Shown: positions 23,430 through 34,554 of the stretch, one piece after another
Layout of the letters: every line of letters begins with the position of its first letter
How positions within the stretch are numbered: position 1 is the first letter of the stretch
Source of the DNA: Schmidtea polychroa
Taxonomy: Eukaryota
Direction: 5' to 3'
Length of the DNA: 63,768 bases
Assembly (NCBI GenBank): GCA_044892525.1
Contig: CM097885.1
Coordinates: forward strand, 176,514,001-176,577,768
The notes under the pieces: generated by a model
What the model was told of the DNA's origin: nothing
Seen by the model: the letters and a program-made list of their open reading frames with translations, nothing else
Databases searched by the model: none
Program-made: the position numbers and the translations under genes

Positions 23430-23889
23430 AACTATCAGGCCAGATTGGTCGCCAACAGTGGGATGGCGGGGACACCTCGAGTAGACGTGTCTCCTTATAC
23501 CATGAGAAATATCTGATTATAATACCTTTACGACCCAAGATATGGTTTAAAAGAAAATTCAAAGCTCCAGGTAACTAAGTCTTTTACTATATCCTGACAT
23601 GGCAGGCTGGTCAGCTAATGAGGACACCCATAAGAGGTCAGAACTGGACATGGTTAAGAAATCTGGTAAACAAACTTGACGCCCGATGTTCCAGCGTCGG
23701 TTATCAGTCGTGGTGGACCCAGAACGTATCGACCCGGTGATATGCACGTGCTCATTGATATGGTTATTGCCATAGGTACACGGATGGTAAAAAGTAGAAT
23801 ATTCATGAAGGCGTTTAGGGAGGAGTTCGTGACAAATCTAACAATAACTCTGAAATGTTAAAATAACACATCCCCTAGGCGCCAACACG
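23430..23889 (+). mobile_element. LTR-like element right end (divergent copy)
   Basis: CATAGGTACAC..GATGG...GGCGTTTAGGGAGGAG aligns with 29226-29292; ends CATCCCCTAGGCGCCAACA. Left boundary approximate. Confidence 0.55.
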
Positions 23890-24010
23890 TGATTCTAATG
23901 TTCATATCTCTTATAGGCACCTGATCTTCTTTGATCTGCTTCCTTTGAGCTTCAATCACCTTTTTCAACTTCTTCACATAGTCAGGATGAAACCATGTTG
24001 ACTCTAGGCT
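23890..24010 (-). pseudogene. Fragment of the element-encoded protein (copy D)
   Basis: RRY*SLESTWFHPDYVKKLKK aligns with GRYKRKIDELEGTWFSPVQMKEVQKK of copy A. Confidence 0.45.
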
Positions 24011-25227
24011 TTAATACCTCCTGACCAGTGCGTCAGCTCGCTATATCGACGTAGCCGTCTTGGATGTATAGAAGGTAACATCCATCAAGAACTTTTCAAA
24101 TTCTGGATCCACTACAAAAAATTCAAAATTCAATTCAAACATTTCTAACTAAATCACCGAAGTTGCTGAAGAAGTCGAAGCATCAGAAGTAGTTGTTGAG
24201 GTTGAAGAAACCGAATAAATCGATCAAGGCCATTCAATATATGTCATAAATAAATATTGTATTTTAATATCGAATTGTATTTTATTAAACTCAATAAAAA
24301 ATATGACAAGTAAATCCAGCGAAGGGTAGAAATGGAAATAAATTTGAATTAAATGAGAGGAAAGAATTTTGAAAATTGAAAAGTACTATTTTTATAGTTG
24401 AAAATTCTTTCATTTCATTTTATTGAATATATACTTTGCAGTAAAAGGCTTATATTATCATTTAATCTTTTAACATTATTATTATTATTATTGGTGAATC
24501 GCAGGTAATTTACAATTTATCTCGTCGTGCTGTCGCTGTGCCATCTGACACCCTTTGAGTGATCAATGCTGGAACTGTGTCGGATGTGTGAATACTCCCA
24601 TAAAGTGTGCGTACCTTTGTACACTATAATCGTCGAGTATTCTAGTGGGTTCACGGACTACCGTTAGAAGGCAATTGTCCGTCTTTATCTTGGCCGTCTT
24701 TTCATTTCTTTAGTGTTGAAAAAGCAAAAGTATTAAATGACACCAGTACAAATTTTTAATTTTTCACTGCAATATATGATATTATTTCGTACGTCAACTC
24801 GCGTTCTATCCATTGGCGCTCGTTAATTCTGCCAAACTCCAAGTTGCTACCCTGACCAGTCATTTGACGCTTTGTGATTCTTGTCTCAAATGGTTGATCT
24901 CATTTTATAATAAAAATAAATTACATGATTAGATTGATTAATCTGTTTTCGAATTTGGATTGTCAGCTACAACCACTTAGTTTTTCTCGTGACTATTTAG
25001 GATTTATAGAAAATATAATAAAACTCAAAACAACATATTTACTTTAATTAACATATTATTTAACGATTCCATTAACTTTACGGCTTAGGTAGAATGTTCG
25101 GTGATACGTGCTTCCTTATGTGACCGTTGTCGGGCGCGTTCTAGTTTACCTGACTTTACTTTACTTGGTAGGTCTCGTGATTCCGTCATTCGCATGATCG
25201 GGCCTACAATCAGAATACCCTTTGAGA

Positions 25228-25452
25228 TGTTGGGTGCCTGGAGTCGCTAGGCGATATAGTCATCGACTCTATCCTGATTTACTTGCGTCTCCAATCTTTA
25301 ACGCCTTGAGTTTCATTAATCTTAAGTAGCTTGAGTCGGGTACTAGGAGATTCATCGCGCCTTGTTGAAACCAAATGTCTTTTAACGTTTCACACTTGCT
25401 CTTGAGTTTTCAATTTTATAATGGGAAAGTTTACTAATAGGAATGCAGATTC
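25228..25452 (-). mobile_element. LTR-like element right end (minus strand)
   Basis: Minus strand reads AAGGCGTTAAAGATTGGAG...ATCGCCTAG...GGCACCCAACA, the same terminal motif order as the other copies; abuts the PPM1D duplicate. Confidence 0.5.
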
Positions 25453-25752
25453 CAAATATTATTTCAACTAGAAAACCATTTGTAGTGAAATAAATGAAAT
25501 AATATTAATTGGATTTTCCAAAAATAAGCAACTAAAATCAGTTGTATCCATAACTCTAAAGTTTATTAACATAAGTTTTGAAATAACAGGTTCATATTTT
25601 GCGAAAAAATTGGCTAAGATATTTATTTTGGAACTCAGAAATAGCGATTTATTCGATTTTGTTCATTTGATTACTTGACAAATCATTTATACTCTGGGAT
25701 TTATATGTGCCATTTGAGTTAGATTTGCTTTGTAAATATGGTCTATTTACTG

Positions 25753-26212
25753 CAGGGGTCTCAAACACGCGGCCCGCGGGCCGCATGCGGCCCCCTGCGT
25801 TACATTTGGCGGCCCGCAACGAAAAAACATAGATTTGTAATTTAACCAAACTTATTTAACAATTAAAATCATAATTGGCTGTATAAATTAAAACTTATCT
25901 TTTTAATTATTTTTATTTANNNNNNNNNNNNNNNNNNNNNNNNNNNNNNNNNNNNNNNNNNNNNNNNNNNNNNNNNNNNNNNNNNNNNNNNNNNNNNNNN
26001 NNNNNNNNNNNNNNNNNNNNNNNNNNNNNNNNNNNNNNNNNNNNNNNNNNNNNNNNNNNNNNNTAGTTTTGTTGAGTTTTTAATTAAATAAATATTAACG
26101 TCGGAGTTTCAGACTCCACATGTTCTGAAAAACAATTATTTATGTTGCGGCTCGCCGGCTCATAATACTAGTCTAATGCGGCCCGCAGGCCAGTTTGAGT
26201 TTGAAACCCCTG
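25753..26212. mobile_element. hAT (Charlie-type) MITE
   Basis: TIRs CAGGGGTCTCAAAC / GTTTGAAACCCCTG, exact 8-bp TSD ATTTACTG (empty site visible in the intact gene near 17024), GCGGCCCGC subterminal motifs; contains an N gap. Confidence 0.93.
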
Positions 26213-27935
26213 ATTTACTGTATCCCCGATAATTAAAGCTGAATATCGACGCCTGATTGGACAATAAGAACAGTTTGTTGGTTTGAATGTCAATTCTGAA
26301 TCAGATGGTGAACCTAAATTTTTACAGTAACTGTTGGGCTATAAACCGAGAAACCCGAATTTTTTTATAAAGAAATTAAATAAAATCTTGTTATAACATC
26401 AAATTAGGGTAATCAGTCAAGTATTAAGAAAAATAAAGAATAAGGAAGGGAGAAATAATAAAATAAAATAAAGAGATAAACAAAATCACCAAAATAAAAT
26501 AAACGACAAATAATTCCCAAACAGAACACGCAACCACAACTGAGAAGCAAAACAAAATAGCTAAGAAATATAAAGCAAAATATCAGAAAAACAAAATATT
26601 AATAATAAAACGAATAATAATCAACAGAAAACAATAATTAAAACAAAAAAGAATAAAATACAAAATCACAAACAGAATAACCAACAGGATCCAACAAAAG
26701 AAGGAGGAAAATAAGAAAAATTAAATTATTTAATAAATTACAAAATAAAAGCAATAAATAACCTGAAGAAAAGAGTTAAAAAGAATAAAAATAAGAAAAA
26801 ACACAACTTTACACAATAGCTGGATCCTGATTGAATGAAAATTAATATATAAGAAAAACAACTTGACTGATTCCTTCAATTCTAAAAATTTTCATTCAGG
26901 TAAAACTTTTCACGGTAAAAATCAATTCTAAAAATTTTCATTCAGGTCACTCATTAGGGGCTAATTTTATCATCAATTATACTCATTCGGAACTTTTATT
27001 ATCCATTTACAGTACAGTGTAGTATTCGATTCAAGGAGTTGAGATTCGACGAACAAGGAAAGATAAAAATGTAAATCTTGATTTGTATTTATTTTACGTA
27101 TATTTTATTATTCTATGTAACATTTAAATAAGTTAAAATATTAATGTTCTCTCTCTCTCTTTGATAATTTGATTTTTCACATCATTTATTTAATCATTTG
27201 AGTTGAATGTCGATGAGTTTACGATTTAGCGATGCCATTTTCAATGAAGAACGATTGGAGCATATTCCGAACAGTCGATATGAACGATGAATGCACCTGA
27301 GATGTGATAGTAATGATTAGAGAATAGTAGGAATCAACGAGCCAGTGTTATAACTGTGGAAGAACGATCGACCCTCTCCTGAGATGGGAGATATCGGAGC
27401 GTGAATGACAGGTAGAGATTGGAAGAAGGTTGGATTCAACATCAATTTTCTCGAGAATGATCAAATCAACCACCAGAATGTACAAAGGTTAGGAGCATGA
27501 GGAATTATTCCTGGCAGGGAATGAAGACTGGAGAATCAGATAGAAGAGAGGAAATGTTCCGGTGAATGGATATGGAGGATATGGAAATGGAGGATTGATT
27601 GAGAATATTAGGCATTGGATAGGCAGCTCTTTAGAGTAGGATTGATTGAGAAGAGAAGAATCTGTTGTCACCAAGGTATGAGGTACTTCAGAATGAGATT
27701 AGTATCTTGAAAATTGTGTATTGAAATCGTTATAATTAAAATTTCATTTTATTTTTTATTTATTTATCATTAATATGTGTGGCGAGACATGTTTGGGAAG
27801 ACGTTTGGGTATCGCTAGCACTCGTGCCGGTGGTAATCAGATGATTTTTGCAGATGGGAACGCCGGGGTGCAATTTAACTTGATAGATCTAAAGTTTGTT
27901 CGTTTTGGAGTTGATGAATAGAGAGTATTGGTTCT

Positions 27936-28553
27936 TCATATCAGTAATGCACATAGATTGATGAATATATAAGCCAGAATCATTCCATCAGGCAACCACT
28001 TTTGTAAGATAGGCGTAATAAGCAATCCACTGTACGCAAACATCGTTGGCAAGAAGCAATGAATCCAATGGTCACACTTGATTTCGTTGAGAAATTGGTC
28101 CAGACACTTATTTCCTGAGAGTGATTCGACCAGGTCGACATATAGCACTTTCTAACGAGTTGACATATCACATTAAAATCTATATATTTTCCACAGTTAG
28201 TTGATGTAAATAGCGATTGTTTATCCATGAGATTCCGTAGAATCGGAAAACGCAGTATAACAGCAGAATTTCAACTTTTGATAATCATCTTGTATTACCG
28301 CCGCTGTTGAGGAAATCGACACAACATCCGGTCTATTCTGGAAACGTTCGTAGACTTTGATATATTTCATACGGCCAAATCGAAATAATCGCCTCTCCTC
28401 GTCACGAGTGAAGGTAAACAGGGTGCACCGTGAACTATCCGCTAACAAGCAATTGCAGAAAATTATCCATTCGTGATAATCACGATTTGTATACAATGGG
28501 TAGAGACAGAGCGTCAATATCAAAAGTAAACTATAATTAAGGCCCTGATTCAC
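27936..28553 (-). pseudogene. Antisense cargo: signal peptide + Cys-rich ectodomain + C-terminal TM protein, two frameshifts
   Basis: Three overlapping track ORFs (28221..28553, 27980..28228, 27936..28148) concatenate into MNQGLNYSLLLILTLCLYPLY...many Cys...GMILAYIFINLCALLI. Confidence 0.45.
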
Positions 28554-29110
28554 TTAATTTCCAAGTCCCAGCACAATGTGTATTCATCGAAAATAAATCG
28601 GAGTCCTCGTTTAATTTATCTCGAATTCGCCTTAAATCTATCAAGAATGTTTATTCTAAAATAAACAATGGCCTAGCATAATTAAATCTTAAAATCAGTT
28701 ACACTATATCGTACCATAAATAAATAGAGTTGCCTATTAATTAAGGCAGAATGTGGTCGAAGCTGCAAATTAAATTAGATAATAAGTCGAATAATAGAAA
28801 GAATGGTCTTAAAAACGAATTACGGCAAACCTAGGGATTTTAATTTAAACAAACGGGTGAGTGTGCGAAGATCGTCCCTGCAAATTTTGTTTTTTCCATT
28901 TTAGATTAATTACTTTCAGGTCCCAAATTGTTAATTTTCGTAAAACTGAACTTACGATTAGGAAAACTTATGGTTACATTAGGATTTTTCTTGATTTATT
29001 TATCTTTAGCATTTTTCTCCGAATAAGTAGTCGTGCTGAAATAAAGGAAAACTGGAAACAACCTCACTTGGACCAGGGATATGTTAGAAATGGAAGAGAT
29101 GAATGAAGTA

Positions 29111-29250
29111 GATGTAAGTCCTTCTGGTGGCATTCAAGAACCCGAATTTTGAAGGTCAGGATGAGTAGTCCTAACGCAGGGGCTCACCTGCTCCTGAGTT
29201 CCAACCCATGTGTGCAGTACCAACATGATTCGTTGTCATGGGTACACATG
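29111..29250 (+). ncRNA. Conserved structured RNA motif (copy 3)
   Basis: GATGTAAGTCCTTC...TCAGGA-TGAGTAGTCCTAACGCAGGGGCTCACCTGC-TCCTGA...CAGTACCAACATGA. Confidence 0.6.
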
Positions 29251-32200
29251 ATGGAGAATACTGACAAATCATAATGGGCGTTTGGGAAGGAGTCCCCTAC
29301 GTAACAACCATCATCACCCCTAAATGACCATCATCGCGACACACCCCTAAGCGCCCAACAATAACTTTTAATTTTGGATTTTTCATTTATAAATGCGCGT
29401 CCATAATCTATAAATTGGACGTTCAAGATACTCTGGGACTGGTAAGTCACATATTATTAATGATAGGTTGAAAAATTGTCGTACGTCTGTCCGAATCGCA
29501 TCTGTCGTGGAAATTGATCTAGGTTCATCATTATTTGTAACTTCGATATTTGATTTTTTGTTTAATAATATGTTTTAATATAATGAAATTAATATTGGTT
29601 TCCAGAGTTTAGTAACATTTAGGTAAATCATGTGGAACTTTCGTATGATACGTGACATTTTGCATTTCGTGATTTTTAAAATGAATTGTTCGTTTTAAGA
29701 CTGTCATTTCCCTCAGGTTTATCGGGATTTTTTGAGTCGGTTATTTGACTGGAGGATTGTAGATTTTTCGAATTTTTAATGTTTAATATCGTTTGTTTCA
29801 GATGAATCATAATTATCTGCATTATTCTGGTTATGAATAAATAAAAATGGAACGATAGTCTGAATAACATGGTTTATATGTGCTAGCTTTTAATTGTATT
29901 AACAATCTACTCCATTTTTTTTGAATATTATCGTGAATTTGAAACGTTTAATAATTTATTTACTTGCGATTCATAACTCATTGGATGTTAAGATGACAAG
30001 TTTTCTCTATTTTTAATGTCGATTTTATGTATGTTAGTTAGTATGTGCTAAGATTCGATTTAAATTAAATTTGCTCGTCCCACTTAGCCCACTGGACATA
30101 AGTTTGACGAGTCCTTAGTATTGTGTAATAAGATCTTGGAGATACGAACAAACTTAAAAGTTTGACGCGGTTCACGATCTTCTTTATATAATTTAATACT
30201 TACCTCTTAAGTTTCACTAGTTGCTCGACTTATCTGTGCGTGAGCGTGATAGCGTAACGTGAGGCTTCCCATAAATAGGAGAAGGAGCGTTGGGGCGTCC
30301 GCACTTCACATGGCCTTCTTTCACTGTTGACAAAAGATGTTGCAGTGTTAACTGCGCAGATGAACTACCTCATTCCTTGAGGAAATTATATACTCAATTT
30401 TCGGACTTCCGTGTGATGTTGTTGGCTGTAGCCGAAAAATCTAACTATCAAGTCTAATAAAGTTTAAGTATACGAAAATGATTCCATAAAAATGTCAATG
30501 AAAAATCAAAACTTAAACTCGAAACTTTAATTGCATGATTAAAACATAAATCCTTACTTCAAATAGAATGCTTCAAACAATATCAAAATATTGTCTTCCA
30601 AAATTTTCATGCATTAAATTTTGACTAAAATGCTCTTTTTCTATACTCTAATTTTTGAGTGTGAGTATATGTGCTTACTGATGCAGTAAATAAATTATTT
30701 ATTTTATCATAGCCAAAGTATCATGGAAAATATACACGGAAAATGATATTAGATGATTGTAAGTTAAATAGAGATATTTCAGACCAAAATGGCTTATGGT
30801 AATTGCAAACTCAAATCTTGTAGCACCTATGTTAATATATGGGAATGGTGTATTTGCGAGAGTATCTGGGGAAGCATTGTATAATTAAGAAATCTTTGTT
30901 CAAATAATATAATAACAGCAATGTTCAAATGAATTGAATGTGAGTGTATATGGGAAATTGAGATTTGTGAACCTAATAACTCGAATGTTATTAGTGGACG
31001 AAACCTTAAGTGTTTCAATGCAGTCGATTAGTAGTAGCATTGTATCGTTTAACACGGGACTCATTGATATCTTTGCCAGATGACACTATGAAAAATTGCA
31101 TCTATTGTACAAAACGCATATGATTAAACTATAAATCTCTCGCACTTCAACTCCTAAATCTTTACTCAAATTTTTTCTCCTCAAGCAGTATTGTAATTTG
31201 ACTGTTTTGTTTGTCCTAATATTATATAAATAAAATGAGACTGATCACCTGAAACAACCTTTACTAGGAAGGGTTTGGAAAATAATCTTACAAATGTATT
31301 TCTGAAAAACTCTTTTGATACATTGTTTCACACATCTGGAAATTTTGAAACAATGTATATGTGACAGGAGGGAACTATTCTGGTGAAAGAAGAAAGGTTT
31401 TAAAGAACTGTTTTTGTGTCTATTCACCGTTTTTGAGAATTTTGGAAATTAGGAAGTAAGACAAACGAGGGAATGTTAGGATTTTGTGGAAGGAAAGTGT
31501 GGCCGTAATTCCATTTATCTGAACTATGTTATTACTCTTTAATAATTATTTAATCCAAGATCTTATATTTGCCTCTATCACTGATGCCCCTTTGAATTAG
31601 AGACCCTAGACAGCTGTGTACCTAGCCTATGCCTAAAGCTTTGTTGCTTATATGGAAATTTCTGCTTATTATTTGTTTCTAAATTTAATATTTTTTGTCC
31701 TTGAGGAGCTGGAAAAGGTTTTTGCTACTTTGATTTATTTGGGTTTTAGCTTGGCAATGGGCATTTAATTTATCAAACTCAGGGATCACGTTCTTAATTT
31801 AATTTTTTAAATTTCGGCGATGCCAAGATACCGGAAGGATTTTGGAGAGAGCATCGTCCCCAACAACCTGAAATTTCTCAACTTCTGCGTAGAACGGCTG
31901 TATGACCATTAGTTTTTAGAAGTTTTCTGTAACAACACAGAATTTGCATATTTATCATTGTTTATAAAGTTAATCAAACTTGCGACTTTTGAATTAGTTT
32001 AATTTTTCAATAACGATAGTCTCTGAAATGTTCTGGGAATAGGGGTAGTTTTGCAAACAAATCCCATTTGGGTGAGTTTTAAGGGAGACATCTAGAGAGT
32101 TGAAGAATAGTATCTTCTACAGACACCTTGGTTCCAGGAAATTCGTGAACTTAGCAGATCCAATAAGTTTTCGGGTTTCTGACAGACTACACATTACCGC

Positions 32201-32906
32201 CATCAGTTGTATTTGCGTGGCCTTTGACTTGGTTTAGTGATGTACATAATTTTATCTGCTTGAAAACTGAATAATGGATGTCGGGTTGATCTTCCAAATA
32301 TTAATACTGCTGGAATCTCATCCTTACTTTCGGTGGACCTTGAAGTACAATCTATGAGTCATATAATTTGAAGAAAAGTGTCAATATATTCATACATCTT
32401 CAAAGTGTTTAATTGTTTGAACTATTCCTTTTAAATTTATTTCAGATATTAGTCTAAGAAGTTTAGCAATTTAAGTTAAATTGTAAAATACTTTTAGAAT
32501 AACTAAGTGTATCAAGTTTTATAATTGTTTTATAATTAACAAATTTTTGTCAAAATTAATAGATTGATAAACTTACAAAAATATCTTAACATGTTTCCTT
32601 CACTTAATTTAGGAAACATCATTTGGAATATAACGAATTAAAACTTTTAAGTGGATTACGAGTTGATATTCAATGTTTACAATTAAAATTATATGGAAAT
32701 AAAAATTTTCCTAATTGAATAAAAATATATTAATAATAGAAATAAATATTTACAAAAAAATCTTTTAACAATTATGTGAAAATCAAAATTAATTATCGAT
32801 AAACTTAAACTTTGTTTAAATAAATAATTTAAATTTTATAAAAAATATTTAAAAAGCGTAAGTATAATAAGAAATTTTGTTTCTAAAATAAAATAAATTT
32901 ATTAGA

Positions 32907-33560
32907 ATGTCCGATAAATATTTATCAGAAATTTACCGTCACAAGCAAAGTGATGTGATGAGCTACCAAAATAGAATTCGATGCTGTGAATTTAGACAAA
33001 CTGATGCAGTTGTTCGAGTTTCCAGACCAACACGACCAGATAGAGCTCGTAGATTAGGTTACAAAGCTAAGCAAGGTTTTGTTATTGTTCGCGCTAGAGT
33101 TAGACGTGGTGGTCGTAAGCGTCCAGTTCCAAAGGGAGCAACCTATGGTAAGCCAGTCAATGAAGGAGTTAATCAATTGAAAAATCAAAGGTCAAACCAA
33201 GCTATTGCTGAAGTAATTATAATAAATTAACCATCTTGGAATAATCTATTTAAGGAACGAGTAGGTAGAAAGTTTTCTGGCTTACGAGTTTTGAATAGTT
33301 ACTGGGTTGGTGAAGATTCAACCTTTTTATTCATCGAAGTTATTTGCGTTGATCCTTCTCATCCAACAATTAGAATTGATCCGAAAATTAACTGGATCTG
33401 TGATTCAGTTCAAAAGCACAGAGAATTACGTGGTTTGACATCTGCTAACAAGAAATCAAGAGGTTTAGGAAAGGGACACAGATTCACACATACTATTGGT
33501 GGTTCAAGATCTGCCTTCTGGAAGAGAAACAACCTCATTAAATTGAGACGCAAGCGTTAA
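32907..33560 (+). CDS. RPL15: 60S ribosomal protein L15 (eL15), join(32907..33212,33255..33560), 203 aa
   Basis: [74 protein letters not shown]; a 42-nt GT-AG intron restores the frame. Confidence 0.97.
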
Positions 33561-33651
33561 GACTGATATTAAATAAAACTTTTTGGATTTTTTTGACTAC
33601 TTTTGTATATTAGAAATATTTAAGTATTAATTGATTATAATTATTGATTAT

Positions 33652-33915
33652 ATGTCAAACAGTAATAAAGATCGAGCATGGTACAATGCAATGTTGAATA
33701 TTCAACCAAATCTTAAAGATATGGAGCTAAATAATCTTCCAATATTTAAAACTCAAAAATTTTATTATGGTGAAGGATATGATTCAAAATTATGGGGATC
33801 AACTTATCGAACTAAATTTGTCAAGCATCCGAAACAGGAATTAGCCAAACCATATCCAAATGAAAGATATAGTAAAGATAGAGGATATGATATTATTACA
33901 AATAATAATTTGTAA
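33652..33915 (+). CDS. Small hypothetical protein (87 aa) immediately downstream of RPL15
   Basis: Clean ATG-to-stop ORF with protein-like composition (STYRTKFVKHP, RGYDIITN); family not recognised. Confidence 0.4.
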   Translation: MSNSNKDRAWYNAMLNIQPNLKDMELNNLPIFKTQKFYYGEGYDSKLWGSTYRTKFVKHPKQELAKPYPNERYSKDRGYDIITNNNL

Positions 33916-34554
33916 ATTTACTTTTAAAAATACATTATTTTTGAATTTTATATCTTAATTTAAATTGTATTTATCAAATCTCAATTGTTTAAGTATCTCA
34001 TTAATTTAGATTTATGAGACAAGCATATTAAGAAACCACATTTATTATTTGAACATGTCTATCTCAATTCCTTTGGTTCACGAGTCCATTCGTAACATTA
34101 TTTTACAATATTATAATTTCGTATCAATCATTTGTAATAATTAATTATATAATGTGCTATGGTTACTTTTACTTTATTCATTTTTTATTAATTGGCAAAT
34201 GCCTATTAACCTATATTGAGTCGGTTATTATTTTGAAAGCTATTCTTTGAGATAATTTATAATTATAATATAACTATTTTATTCTGGATAAATTCGAAGT
34301 GAAATAATTTTGAGAGTTTATTTATATTTTTATAATCTTCCTTAAAATGTATTCAATGCTTCTTAATTCTTATAGGTGTTCACTTACACCAAAACATTCC
34401 TAGATGACCTGATTATCAATATAACTTAATTGCAGGTTCTGTTTTGAAGGTCCGGTGGGAATAACGTAGGTTTTGAAAGATTATCAGTATGTCGACAAAT
34501 CAATATATTTATTATAATCGCATTTCTTGATATTTTTAAAATTTATTTTTTAAA

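Larger units (their letters stand above)
26332..29360 (+). mobile_element. Large LTR-like element, copy 3 (TGTTGGGC...GCCCAACA, 3.0 kb)
   Basis: 8-bp terminal inverted repeat; inserted in the PPM1D duplicate with GTAAC / ATAAC flanks (empty site in the intact gene); A-rich 5' 500 nt, then CTGATTG and TATATAA near 26845; RNA motif at 29111. Confidence 0.85.
25453..29390 (-). pseudogene. Duplicated ~440-bp 3' fragment of the PPM1D-like gene, split by two insertions
   Basis: 25453-25752, 26213-26331 and 29361-29390 are near-identical to 16730-17167 (C-terminal codons, stop and 3' flank). Confidence 0.92.

Noticed and set aside
30196-30280. U1 snRNA (ATACTTACCT start, GAGGCTT downstream)
   Set aside because: Lacks the GATCACGAAG and ATTGCAC loops and an Sm site; more simply a consensus 5' splice site (AG/GTAAGTAT) on the minus strand.
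31830-32400. Non-LTR RT remnant (KSFRYLGI on the minus strand)
   Set aside because: No other RT motif found in neighbouring frames; too short to support.
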